Source: Lama glama
Lineage: Eukaryota
Assembly (NCBI GenBank): GCA_028534125.1
Contig: CM052816.1
Location: 22,384,001 to 22,448,000, forward strand
Length of the DNA stretch: 64,000 nucleotides
Reading direction: 5' to 3'
The position numbers and the translations under genes were made by a program. Under the pieces are notes generated by a model. That model did not search any database, was not told the DNA's origin, and saw nothing but the letters and a program-made list of their open reading frames with translations. Shown piece by piece: positions 40,157 to 53,432 of this stretch (positions are counted from its first letter, which is position 1; each line of letters begins with the position of its first letter).

Positions 40157-40709
40157 GTATTACAGTTGTCCAGAGAAACAAAGCCAATAGAACATGCAGA
40201 GAGAGAGAGAGGAGATTTATTAAAGGAATTGGCTCACCGTGCTTATGGAGGCTGAGAAGTCCCACGATTTGTCATCTGCAAGCTGGAGAACCAGGGAAGC
40301 AGACTGTGTAATTCACTCTGAGTGCAAAGACCTGGAAACCAGAGGGCGGCTTTTGTATCCCAGTATTGAAGGCTGCAGAACCAGGAGCTCTGTTGTCCTA
40401 CACCCGAAGTCAGGAAAAAACAGAAATCTCAGCTCCAGTAGAAGTGGAGGGAGGAGGGAGAGGAAAAGGGGGAGAAGGAGAGAGAGAATTCTCCCCTTTT
40501 CCACCTTTTTGCTCTAGTCAGACCCAGAAAAAAACAGACTGGCTGACAGCTGCCCACATTCCTGAGCGTGGATCTTCTTTACTAAGTCTATGGATTCACA
40601 TGCTAATCTCTCCCTGAAACACCCTCACAGATGCACGCTGAAATCATGCTTCATCAGCTCTGGGCGTCTCTTAGCTCAGTCCAGTTCACACACAGGATTA
40701 ACTGTCACA
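40157..40709 (-). mobile_element. MLT2 (ERVL) solo LTR
   Basis: tccagagaaacaaagccaatag ... gaattggctcaccgtgcttatggaggctgagaagtcc ... ttaactgtcaca. Confidence 0.85.
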
Positions 40710-40879
40710 GCGTCCTCTGGAGAAACAGCATAGGAGGACACTCCTTGGTTGTAATTCCCAACTCTGAAGTTTCTAGGCAAGTGTGTAGGGTCAGTCAGTC
40801 CGCACTTACCTGTCTCATCCTCTCACAAGCACTGGAATTCACTGCTTAAACTAATTTGAATCCTGAGGACAACTGAGCA

Positions 40880-41960
40880 CGGGCTGCTGGACAAGGCTTA
40901 ACCACCAGCTAGGAGTTATTAGGAGGAAGCCAGGATTTGTAGGGTTTGCTGATTTTCGAGGTATAAATATTCCCATTAGGGCCGATTTCAAGCTGCCAAC
41001 TGAGAGTGGAGTTGCGAGAAGACATGCAGCAGCACAATATTATACAGTTTCCACCGCACAAGTACAATAGATACAAAAAACCCTCAAGAATATAGATAAT
41101 TGCAAACTGTAGTATAATAACTAGGAAGTGATGACTTATGAGGGTTTCTTTCCTTTGCTTAAGAAAACCTTTTTATTTTGAAATAATTATAGACTCATAA
41201 GAAGTTACAAAATAGCACAGGGACATTGTATGTATTTATCACCCATTTTTCCCCAATGGTAGTATCTTCAAAAGTATCAAACATTATGAAAACCAGGAAA
41301 CTGAGATTGTACTGCCTCCGCTTTTTAAAAAAATTTAATTTTTTAACTTTTGTGTTAAAATCCACATAACATAAAATTTACTATCTTGACCATTTTTAAG
41401 TGTATAGTTTAGTAATTGTTCAGTTTATTCACACTGTTGTGCAACCAACCTCCAGAATCTTTTCCTTGCAAAACTGAAACTATACCCATTAAACAACTCC
41501 CCATTCCTCTCACCCCCAGCCTCTGGAACCACCATTCTACTTTCCGTGTCTACATGTTGACTAACTCTCTGTACCTCATTTAAGTAGAATCATACAGTCT
41601 TTGCCTTTTTGTATTTGGCTTATTTCACTTAGCATAACGTCCCCAAGTTTTATTCATGTTGCAGCACTTATCAGGATTTCTTTCCTTTTTAAGGCTGAAT
41701 AATATTCCACTGTGTAGACTACACCACATTTTATTTATCCATAATCTGTTGACGACCGCTTGGGTTACTTTTTACCTTTTGGCTATTGTAAATAGTGCTT
41801 CTATGAACCTAAGTGTTGCCTTTGTTTTTAATATAACTTATTTAATTGTAAGTCTGTATGATTCAATTTTAAATAATGGTTGTATCTAAAAACTGGCTTG
41901 CAAAATTCCCACTATGCAACAATTGGCTCCTGAGAGCCACTACAGCAGCTCCAGCACAGC
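40880..41960 (+). mobile_element. MER63-like hAT-Blackjack element interrupted by antisense L1 3' fragments (~41160-41815)
   Basis: gctgctggacaaggcttaaccaccagct ... gccgatttcaagctgccaac, resuming after the L1 and ending gctccagcacagca. Confidence 0.75.
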
Positions 41961-43984
41961 AGGGGATCTTCAGGCTTGGGAACGGGCACTGTTGTTCCAA
42001 GACGGCAGCAGAGGAGACGCAGAACCAGAGCTCCAGTACCTCCCCTTTTGGGGCCACCTCCTGTTTCAGGCTAAAGCTACCACACCCTGCACATATGCAC
42101 TGAAGCACTTCTCACTTCAAGGATTTCTCACGTTTTTCCTTCTCTACATGCTTCGGCTTGATCCTGAGAGAGGGAGATAGTGTTCCTGACAGTCCAGCAT
42201 CTTGTCCTTTGTGTTACCTCTGCCTTTTGCAATGACGTTTTCCATAGCCAACCGCAGAATGTCTCTGCTTTTTTAAGAGGATGACTTGCGAATGCTGTGC
42301 TCTATGCTCCCTGGAGCCCTTTTCTTGGAGAAGAGGGTGTGTCTGTGCCTTCAGAGCACATCTTTTTTGTTGTATCAGTGGCGTTTCCAGGGGATAGACG
42401 TCTCTTCACCTGTCAACAGCGATTTTCCCCATCTAGACAACTGCCAGTTTCTAGATGCAGGGAATCGTCCTGAGGCTTCGTGAACTGCTTTGGATTCCCT
42501 GAATGCCTAATGAGGTTAGAGAATTTCTGCTTCCGTTGCAAACTGGGAGAATGGGCCTTAGCAAGTAATAAAGACACAACTCAAATAGAGCAAAGAGGGC
42601 TTCATTTTATTCATGGTTCGCAGCCGAGTGTTAATTTTCCAGAAGTGTATTTTTTCTCCAAGTGCAGCATGCACTTAAAAGCTCCAGTAGGCCACTTACG
42701 TGGTACAATTAGACCTCTGGTAAGTGCTACTCATAAACATTCATCATGCACTTTGGGGACTCATTAAATTTCATTTAGGTGACACATTAAAAAATTCATA
42801 GCTCTCATAGGGAGTTGTAATTAATCTCTATTTTTCTTCAGGGAAGAGGCCGAGAAATGCACCATCTTATGAGGTTCAAGTGAGACTAAACAGAAAGATC
42901 TCAGGGAGGCAGGTGTGTGGGACAGCCGTCCAGCCTGCATGACCACAACGCCAGGCAGACACGCAGTGTGACCCACACTGTGGAGGCTCACCGGAGGCTG
43001 CCCACCCAGCCAGTTGGCCGGCTTCACTTTCTTTCTCCTCTTCTTCACCGGCCATGTGGCAGATCTGGGGCAAGAGAACTCCTCTGCCCCGCCCCCGGGA
43101 CTGCATATTAAGTGGTACTTCAGCCAGTCATTTTAGTAAGATTTGCAAGTGTGTGTGTTACTGTGCTGCTTTTGCTGATTATCCAGCACACACCCCTCAA
43201 TGACATCTGACCATGAGGGTGGTCTCCTTTCTGTTCTGGCCGCCTTCCTGGCCGATGCATTTAGTAAGGACCTGGAGGGCTAGATTCAGTTTCCTAGAAT
43301 GTTGCACCTCAGGGAGAGCTGGTCCCCAACCCAGCTCCGGTCCACGGGCCACCCACTTCTTTCATTTTTTTCCTGAGGCACTCAGTGCCCAGGGTGCCTA
43401 TACTGTGGCTCTCACCACCACACCCCTTCCATCTCCCCACAGAGGACCCCTCCGTCCCCACCCCTGGTGAACTGGGATCCTGGGTATCAGTTGAAGGGGG
43501 CCGACTCTGGATGGGCATGTCCTTGTGGTCCTGCAGACTCGCTGCTCCAGGCATCATGCAGAGAGGTGAGTCAGGTCAAAGTTCCCAGTTTGCATAGGGA
43601 CCCTTTTTGCAGGGGTCTCGCAGGGATCTAATGATTCATAATTTTGTAACAAAAAATGCTATGCTGCAAATAAATGCTTTCAGTATCAACTTTTAGATGG
43701 AAAAACCCATCACAGTTGCAAATAGACTTTTGTAACCCAGTTATAAGTTTGGAACTCTGTTCTGTCAAGTTCATGTTAATTTGGTACTAGCCCTTGCATG
43801 TGTTAATTCCTGGTTGTTGTTTCAGCTGTCATAGGAGCACAGTCAGTCTGAAAACACAAAAAATATCTTGATCTTGAGGAGCTTGTTGGGAAAATCAAGC
43901 TAAATTTAGAACGCAGTTTTCAAATACAATTTACCACAAGACTGAAGGTTACAAATCTAAATGATGGTTGCTGTTTGCCCCAAA

Positions 43985-44060
43985 GCAACCAAAAACCAAA
44001 CTGAAACAAAACGACAAAACAAAACAAAACAAAACCCCAAAACCCAAACCAAACAAAACC
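43985..44060. repeat. (CAAAA)n-like simple repeat
   Basis: Directly visible. Confidence 0.85.
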
Positions 44061-45784
44061 CAGGCTGGAAGTGGACAGGTGGCTAGGACCAAGCCCTATC
44101 AGCCCTTTGGGAAGTCTCATATCTAGATTTTAGGGACAGGATTTAAGTCAGTAAGTCAGATCAATGGAGGAAAAAACTCCGTGAAAGTTTTTCGGCCCTT
44201 TCTAATGGGACTTAATGCTAATTAACTGACCTGAAACCAAGCCTGCTTAATATATAATGGAACAAATAATTATGCCTTACTCTTGTCATAATTCAGCCAG
44301 CATCCTTTTTCTTCTAATGTTAAAAATAGTCCATAGAAAACATGTAATTGTCAGATGCAATCATAACACTTTTTGCTTATTCAGTTTTGATAGGCATTTC
44401 TTAATTAATGTTAGTCCAGTAAATGTATTTTTCATTAGGGCTGTAAGCCACACATCCTTATGTAAGTGAAATAAATGCTGTCCTTGGGAGTTAGGGTACT
44501 TAGACTTGGATTCTGAATCTCACAATAGGTCTGAGTCCTACCTACTCACCTCAAGGTCTTCATGGTGTCCCGTGTTCCATGAGGTTCCCTGTCTCCCTCA
44601 GAGCACTGTGTAAGAAGCAACAGAAAACAATTATATGAAAGCACTTTGAAAAGTACAAAGAGCTAGTACTCATCTCATGGGTTTGTTGTGAAGATTAAAT
44701 ATTTGCCTGGTGCCTGATATACAGTAATTGCTCAATTAATATTTATTATTATTATCCCTGCTTTTAAAATTTAACCGATACCATGTTTTATACCCCATCA
44801 GACAACGGTTCACCTTGGAAAAATTAGATGTATGTAGAAACATTAAATTCAACTTTACAAGCGGATGAATTAAAAACCATCTGACATTTGCAAATAGCTT
44901 TTCCTCTAAGTCATTTATATTTTATCTTATTGCACCTAGTAGCACTATACTCAGAAAATATGAATACTTAGTATGGATTTCTTATTTAAAAAGAAGCGTC
45001 TTTTTTTTATTTGTGTTCTGCCTTTTCCTCTGATGGAAGGCATTTATTTCAGCTAGTTCTGAGTTCCGAGCACTGGCTCCTCATGCACTTCTCAGTGTTC
45101 CCACAGCAGGGCAGGGCAGCACCGTCAAATGCACACTCCTCACCCCGAGCTATCGGAATGCCGTGTCTGCCGGCTTTCAACTCACTGGATCCTGCAGTCT
45201 AGTATGAAGCCCTGCCAATGCTTGTTTGACGCTGTGCTTATTAAATGTGCAGGTCCTTCTGAAGTATTTTCATGCCCTCTAGCACTCTGTGTGTGTCTAT
45301 GCTCAATATAATCAGGACAACAACTTAAAGCTTACTCTGTAAAACTGTTTCTCATTTTGCCTGATACATTCCTCCATGTAAGGTCACGGAAAGAAAAACT
45401 AGCCTTGTGCTTGCTTGGGACAATCACTGTTTTTGCTGTTGTGACTGAGAGTATCTTTGGGGAAGCCATCACCTTGCTACTTTTAGAGTAATCTGTAGGT
45501 AGGTCTCTGTGGAGACACTGGTAAATTAAAAAAGGAAAAATAAATATACTAAATGAGCATATACTGGCAAAACGACTAGTTGTAAACCTAATCACTTACT
45601 ATTAACTTTCCTCCCCCATCTTGGCAATGCTTTCAGAAAAGCTCCTGTGAAAGACAGCGTTGGCTTTGCTATCTTGTTCTCCATAAAGCCTAGGAGCTTC
45701 ACTGATGCCACCAGTATTTTTCTACAATTTAATTAACACCCCAACAAAGACTTTCTAATCCCTATCCTGAGTGAGTTCTAGAGT

Positions 45785-46284
45785 NNNNNNNNNNNNNNNN
45801 NNNNNNNNNNNNNNNNNNNNNNNNNNNNNNNNNNNNNNNNNNNNNNNNNNNNNNNNNNNNNNNNNNNNNNNNNNNNNNNNNNNNNNNNNNNNNNNNNNNN
45901 NNNNNNNNNNNNNNNNNNNNNNNNNNNNNNNNNNNNNNNNNNNNNNNNNNNNNNNNNNNNNNNNNNNNNNNNNNNNNNNNNNNNNNNNNNNNNNNNNNNN
46001 NNNNNNNNNNNNNNNNNNNNNNNNNNNNNNNNNNNNNNNNNNNNNNNNNNNNNNNNNNNNNNNNNNNNNNNNNNNNNNNNNNNNNNNNNNNNNNNNNNNN
46101 NNNNNNNNNNNNNNNNNNNNNNNNNNNNNNNNNNNNNNNNNNNNNNNNNNNNNNNNNNNNNNNNNNNNNNNNNNNNNNNNNNNNNNNNNNNNNNNNNNNN
46201 NNNNNNNNNNNNNNNNNNNNNNNNNNNNNNNNNNNNNNNNNNNNNNNNNNNNNNNNNNNNNNNNNNNNNNNNNNNNNNNNNNNN
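45785..46284. other. Assembly gap (500 N)
   Basis: Run of N. Confidence 1.
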
Positions 46285-46424
46285 CTTTTTCATTATAGGT
46301 TACTACAAGACATCTATGTCTTTTTCACTGACACACACACATACATATATCTCCTGAGACTGCAAAAAGAAGTTTTTAGTCTCTAGTGTCCTGATCCTTT
46401 TTCAAAACCTTTTAAAAATTATTT

Positions 46425-46860
46425 TTTTCTCTTCAGTTTTATTGAGATATAATTGACATATAACACTGTATTCATTTAAGGTCTACAACGTAATGATTTG
46501 ATATACATATATATTATTAAATGATTACTATAATAGGTTTAGTTAATATCCATAACCTCATATAGTTACAGGTTTTCTTTTAATGAGAACTTTTAAGATC
46601 TACTTTCTTAGCAACTTTTTTTTTTGAAATGATTACCATAACAAGTTTAGTTAATATTCATTATCTCACATACACACAAAAAAAAGGAAAACAAAGAAAA
46701 ACATTTTTTCCCTCATGATGAGAACTCCTAGGATTTATTCTCTTAACAACTTTCATATATAACACACAGCAGTGTTAAATATAGTCATCATGTAGTATAT
46801 TACATCCCTTGTACTTATTTACCTTACAACTGGGAGTTTGTAACTTTTCACCAACTTCAG
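46425..46860 (-). mobile_element. L1 3' end fragments (L1MA9-like)
   Basis: ttgagatataattgacatataacactgta ... gagaacttttaagatctactttcttagcaac. Confidence 0.75.
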
Positions 46861-48519
46861 AATCACCTGAAGCATTCAGCACATCACTGAGGACCTGGAC
46901 TTCCTGAATTCAGTGCTTGGCCCACGCACCTCAATGAACTCCTTTGCTTTCCAGTGGGTTATAGCGGCACCCTCCCCGAAAAGGTCTGAATATCAGCATG
47001 AGGTGGGGAGAAGGGGAATGTATCAAACGTATCCCTTCCTCAGATACTCTACCTCAGACCAGGGGGTGCGGGCTGGTCCTTACATCTGCTGTTGCTTTAT
47101 TTTTTAAGTTATCATAACCCCTTAGTAGTCAATCCCCTATTACTCCAATCTCCTATTTTAGTTAATAATTCTTTTTATTAAATTTTTCCAACCTAATTAC
47201 TGTGTGGTCTCTGCCTACTGACTAGATCCTGACTGATACAAACTCCATCACCATTCGGTTTGATAAGAACTCTGCCATCTCATTATTTTAGTCTCAAAAA
47301 GCAGGGTGCCAATACAGACCAGGATGAGCCGGTAATTCCCACATCTTCTACCCCTAGAAGTGAGCACACGCCCATGCTGTACCGCGAGCGCAGCGCTGCC
47401 AGCCTGAGCTTCATTTGACACAGTGATCTTCAGGGGAAAAAAGAAAAAAACAGGGATTCCTGATGTTAATAGAAACATTGAGTATTTACAATACCGTGTA
47501 TATGCAGAGAAAAAAAAAGGAATTGTGTGACAGAGAGTTGGCTAAAATCCAACTTACGCCAAATTAAGCATAAAGGCCTAAAGGAAGGATATGTGGTTTG
47601 TCACAGGATCTCAGCAATCAGAAAACCTGATACCTCCAAAGTGCTCTCTTTTTTTCCTCCATCACTCTTTCTCAACCCTTCTCTCACCTCTGCTGGTCTC
47701 TACTTGGCTGCAGCCTCCCCCATAGCAAACAAGTTTTGTCTCATGGCAGGGGAAAAAAATGAGTGCCAGAAATTCTGGTATCATATTCTCACAGCTCAAA
47801 ACCAAGGAGAGGAAGAAGTCCCCTTCCCCTTGCCTGGGGTTAGAAGACTCCTGGGAAAGGGCTCCGATTGTCCCCATTTAGGGCATATGCTCAGCATGGA
47901 CCAATCGCAGGCCCAAAGAGACTGGAGACTAAGATTACCTCAGCCTGTGACATGTGTCCATCCCATGATCAGGATATTCTGGGTCTGTTTTCAAGGACAA
48001 ATGGAGGGCAGGCTTGTTGTTAGTTATCCTAAGGACTTTCTCAGTGACAAGACTACAAAAACTAAGTAATAGTTAACAACCTCCATGTTGAATGAATTGC
48101 AGAGATGGCCAGAAAGTAAGGAATCTACAGAAGCCAAAAAACAAAGTAAAAGAAGAAATTCTGAGGCGTGGTTTAGCCTGAAAGAATCGGAACTTGGTGA
48201 CTGAAAACTTCTATTTTGATTGCTACAGCACATAGAAGAGACAAGGTATGTTTTTATTGTAGGTTTTCCCTTAAAAAAAAAAAGGTGACTTTAAAATATA
48301 AGCAAGGAACAAGAGACCATAAAAATGATCTAACAGACTTGAAAAAGAGCCACACAGAAATTCAGGTCAGAGACCATCTGCCTAGACTGTCTTCCTTAAA
48401 GACGTAAGGACAACCTTAAGCCATCACTCTGATGTCTCACTGATCACCTCTGGGGACTCTGAACTAAAACTTTGGACCTGTGATAAAACTGCCTTTCTGT
48501 GCTCTAAGTGATCCGTTTT

Positions 48520-49210
48520 CTGCTTTATGTACTCATTCTACAAATGTGCCATGCACCATGCTGGCTGTGCCCTTAAGGAGGTCACAGCAGCATAAGAACT
48601 CAGGTTCACACTCAGATAATGACCATACTGGGTGACAAGTTCTACAGAAGAAGAGTGGACAAGGGGTGAGAGGAGTTCAGGAGGAAACTCTTAAGTCTAC
48701 CTGAGTAATTAGGGTGGTTTCAATTTGTAACCTGAAGGTGCACAACAGAGGCTGGGCATCTCGGGCAGTGGGAAGAGCATGTGCAACATAGCGCAGAGCT
48801 TAGGAAGGGGCAGGGTGCGTTTGGAGAATTTCCAGAGGTTCGGTATTTCTGACTCACAGAGGGAGTGTGTATAGGAGAGGGAGGATACAAGGACACACAA
48901 TAGGGAACAGGCCCCAGAGACCTTTCCATCACACTTAGGAGCTGAGATTTTACCCAGTAGGGTTGGGGAGGAACATTAAAGGATTTAAGTCTGGGCAGTG
49001 ACATGACCGAGGCTGCAGGAAGGAGCACTCAGTACTGGTGCAGCAGCTGTTCAGACCAGAGGTGATGGCGGCCTCGACCAAGGCAGTGCTGGCAGGGGAG
49101 GAATCTGAGATATTGAAGAAGTTAAATTCCCATGGCCAAATAAGACCAGGAGAAGAGGCAAGGTAAGGATGATCCCTTGGTTTCTGGCTTGGGTAACTGC
49201 GTGTAAAGTG
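48520..49210 (+). mobile_element. L2 fragment
   Basis: Degraded L2 3' region (ggaagagcatgtgcaa, aggatttaagtctgggcagtgacatga). Confidence 0.6.
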
Positions 49211-50670
49211 TGAATAAAAGTTGACTTATGAAAATGAAAAATAAACGTGGGTTAGAAGAATATAATTTTAAAACTACAGGGGACCTGAAGCTAAAAACCC
49301 CAAGGTGGGGGGGGGGATGGCCTAATGTGGTCACATAAACACAAAGAAATGTTACTGAACCAAAGTGGAGAGGGCTGGCCTTCAGAAGGGCTCAGGGCTG
49401 GTTAAATGAGCCAAAGAAAGGAGGAAGAGGATTATCTTAGTTTTCTGCTGCCATTAAAAGCATCTGGGATGGATGCCCAGAATCCTATTTTAGCAGTTTT
49501 AGCCTCCTCTGGAGACAGAACTTTTGCTTCTTCTTAATTCTCCAGTAAGTTTTTGGTATTGTACAGAAAGTTGATTTCAAAGGAAGAACAAAATCTGAGT
49601 TTATCTGGTCAGGCTCATGAACGCTTTAGTTCAAACGCATTAGGGCAATCAAGTATGTACAGATTAGCCTCACCTGGACTTACTTCCACTCTCGATCCGT
49701 CTGGATGGCTTTCCTTCTTGTTAAGCCTGGAGCATCCCCAGAACACACACTCTCCAATATGCGGTTTTCTAAAGAGAAGGTGGGAAAACAACGTATCTGA
49801 TTGTTGCGAGGCCCGTTTACTTCTTACTCTCCCATCCCTTTTTCTCTGTGTCTGGTTCGACCCATGAACCAGGAAGCTGAGACACATCTTAACCATCCTC
49901 TGCCTCGGCTACTGCTCATGCTTGCAAACCTGACTCACACCTCTTGATTTTTTCTCTCAACCCTTTCTCCTTATCAGGTCCTCCATCTCCCATATTTCTC
50001 TTGTAACCTGAGTGAATCCAAAGGCTCCATGTTGCCTATCTCAGCCCGCTGTCACAGTCAAAGGACTGGCCAACCAGAAGTAATTAACACTAACTTGATT
50101 CTTCACTTAAGTCTCTGGGAAAGGAGACCCAATTCAAAATTCACATGATTACTTATTAAACTATCCACTTTCCCATTCTTCTCACCCTCTGTCCCCCTCG
50201 TAGCTCCACAGATACTTCCAGGGATTAGTTTTCATTAAAAAACAGGTTATTATTAACCTGTCAGATTCCTTAGTTCCTTGCCCTCACTTACTACTTGTTT
50301 TTGCCTAGTAGGGTTGCAGTTGCAGGGAGGGAAGGCAAATGCAAGAAGTTCTTCAGTGAGCTGGAGTGGGAGAGTCTACTGATTTTGGTTACAACAGCCT
50401 TGAACTTTTAACAGTTAACTGTAATTATTTATTTATATGCTTGTCTCTATCACCTAGATCAGCAGTCCCTGTTAGAAGTATCCTAGCCCACTAATGTGTT
50501 GGAATCAGGCTTGAGGAAGGGCCTGGGTGGCTATGAGGTTATGACTATTTTTCAGGGAACTGTGCTTACTTCTCAGTCTATGCCAAAGCCTGGAGTGAGT
50601 GACCATAAAAATCTGGATGTACTGAGATAGTAAAATACCAGACAATAAAATTTAAAAGGATAGGGACATC

Positions 50671-50774
50671 ACAAAATTGTGCTCTACACTGGAATTTGAC
50701 ACAACACTGTAAAATGACTATAACTCAACAAAAAAATGTTAAAAAAATAAAATAAAGGCAAAAACTAAAAAAAT
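50671..50774 (+). mobile_element. Severely 5'-truncated young L1 3' tail with perfect 17-bp TSD
   Basis: TSD AAAAGGATAGGGACATC at 50654-50670 and 50775-50791, TT/AAAA endonuclease site, A-rich tail. Confidence 0.9.
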
Positions 50775-51479
50775 AAAAGGATAGGGACATCTACTATACT
50801 CATTTCTATTCTTTAGCTGTAAAAGGACTGAATAAATGCACTTTCATCATGTAGATTGGGCTTTATTTTAATGTATTAAGCGCCAGTGGTTGGAATATAA
50901 GTCTTAAGTCACAAGTAAGTTGCTTTCAACTTGAAGTTATTAACACAAATTTTATGATTTATATATTCCTAAAAGGAATAAACGGAATAAAAGAGAATGC
51001 AAAGACGAGTTCTAAACTCACCTGACGAATGCAGATTTGGGGGGGTTCTCATTTTTTTTTCCTGGAAAAATAATGAATTTCATATTATCAGTCTAGATCT
51101 CATGATGCAGGATTTGCTTGAAGCCAGCATGATATTTGCTACTAGAGTTCTCATATAAACTCTACTGATACTGTACTAAAGAATATAGGAAACTGGTTTT
51201 AGGCAAATGATGAATGTGTGCTGGACTGGTTTTCTTTTCTTTTTTTTTAACTTTGCTTTGTTATATATTATTGCCAACTTCCTTGTGTTCATGTGCTCAC
51301 ATGATTTTGCTCTTCTGGGTAGCATTCCACCTGATTTACCAAACCTGTGAAGCTGTCTCTTTGGTTTGGAGAGATGTAGTTTGGGTGCTAGAATATGAAA
51401 AATCTATTTTTCTTAACATACTTATCAAGTCAGCAAATATATATATATATGTATAAAATTATATATATATAGACAGAGA

Positions 51480-52170
51480 GAGAGAGATTGATTTTCTCTA
51501 AACTCAAACTTCTTTTTTCTAAGATCTTTATTCGTACATTCAAGCATCTAAAAATCACTTTAAATACAATATTCTACAACAGAGTTTTAATTTAGTCCCT
51601 TCCCAGTTTACCTTTACCCAGGCTGTTTCATTCTAATAAATGGCAGCACCATCCACTCAATGGCAAAGACTAAAAGCTAGAAGTCATCTGTTTGTCCTTT
51701 CCATTTATCACCCTCTATATGTAATTCATCAGCAAATCCTTTGGGGTCTACCTCCAAAATACCTCTTGAATTTGTCACCTTCTCTCTCTGTCCAAATTAC
51801 CATCATAATCCATCCTATATCACCTTTTATATAGACCGCTAAGTAGGTGCTTAAAAGGTATTCCTGATTTTATTTCCATCCTCCAACCCACCCTTGATAT
51901 AATCCATTTTCCACACAGAAAAGTGATCTTTTATCTTCCAATCATTATAGTCTTTTTCTTAAAACCCTTTAAATATGTCCTATTATAGTTAAAATAAATT
52001 CCAAACTCCATACTTTGGCATGACTAGCCCTGTGTTCAGGATTCTGCCTATTGGTCTGACCTCAACTCATATCCCGTAACCCTTTCTCACTCATCATGCT
52101 CCAGCTATAACAAGCTCACTCCCATCTCAGGGTCTTTATATTCACTGGTACTTCTAATGTTGCTTTTCTT
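51480..52170 (-). mobile_element. L2 fragment
   Basis: aaatggcagcaccatccactca ... tctacctccaaaatacctcttgaat ... aaattccaaactcc. Confidence 0.7.
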
Positions 52171-52266
52171 CTTTACTCAAGGAACAGTGGTTCACCATTT
52201 GTCAGAGATCAAGTTTCCTGGGAAGCTAACTCTGTGATAGAGATTTTTGTGCACAAAGTAAATTGG

Positions 52267-53432
52267 TCTTTTGAGGAATCTCCATAACGCTTTCCATAAT
52301 GGCTGCACCAAACTACATTTCCACCAGCAGTGCAGGAGGGTTCCCTTTTCTCCACACCCTCTCTAGCATTTATTGTTTGTGGACTTTTTAATGATAGCCA
52401 TTCTGACTGTTGTGAAGTGATATCTCACTGTAATTCTGATTTGCCTTTCTCTGATAATTACTGATTCTGAGCATTTTTTTTCATGTGCCTGTTGGCCATT
52501 TGTATGTCTTCATTGGAGAATTGCTTGTTTAGGTCTTCTGCCCATTTTTGGATTGGGTTATTTGTTTTTTTATTAAGTTGTATGAGCTGTTCATATATTC
52601 TGCAAATTAAGCCCTTGTCAGTCTCATCTTTTGCAAATATTTTCTCCCATTCTGTAGGTTATCATTTTGTTTTGCTTATGGTTTCCTTTGCTGTGCAAAA
52701 GCTTATAAGTTTAATTAGGTCCTATTTATTTATTTTTGCTTTTATTTCTATTGCCTGGGTAGACTGCCCTATGATCCAGCAATCCCACTCCTGGGCATAT
52801 ATCCAGAGGGAACCTTAATTCAAAAAGATACATGCACCCCAATGTTCATAGCAGCACTATTTACAATGGCCTAGACATGGAAACAACCTAAATGTTCACT
52901 GACAGACGAATGGATAAAGAAGTTGTGGTATATTTATATAATGGAATACTACTCAGCCATAAAAAGAATAAAATAATGCCATTTGCAGCAACATGGATGG
53001 ACCTGGAGACTGTCATTCTAACCGAAGTAAGCCAGAAAGAGAAAAAAAAATGCACATGATATCACTCATATGTGGAATTTGAAAAAAAAAAAAGACAAAT
53101 GAACTTACTTACAAAACAGAGACAACCTCATAGACACAGAAAACAAACTTATGGTTTCCAGGGGGGAAAGGGAGTGGGAAGGAATAAATTGGGAGTTAGA
53201 GATTTGCAGATACTAACTAATATTTATAAAATAGATAAACAAAAAGTTCATACTGCATAGCACAGAGAACTATATTCAGTATCTTGTAGTACCTTCAGAG
53301 AAAAAGAATATGAAAATGAATATATACATGTTCATGTATGACTGAAGTATTGTGCTGTACACCAGAAATTGACACATTGTGAATTGACTATACTTCAGTA
53401 AAAAGTACACATGAAAAAAACCCAAAACAAAA
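52267..53432 (+). mobile_element. Young L1 with 5' inversion (twin priming) inserted into an MLT1 LTR (~52200-53825)
   Basis: Antisense ORF2 segment 52267-52770, sense 3' end 52771-53432. TSD ACAAAGTA(A/C)ATTGG at 52253 and 53433. Confidence 0.9.

Noticed and set aside
45771..46298. 175-aa and 171-aa ORFs
   Set aside because: Artefacts of the N gap.
47527..48069. 180-aa ORF
   Set aside because: Starts at GTG, has no recognisable domain or exon structure, and overlaps degraded LTR-like sequence. Probably a chance ORF.
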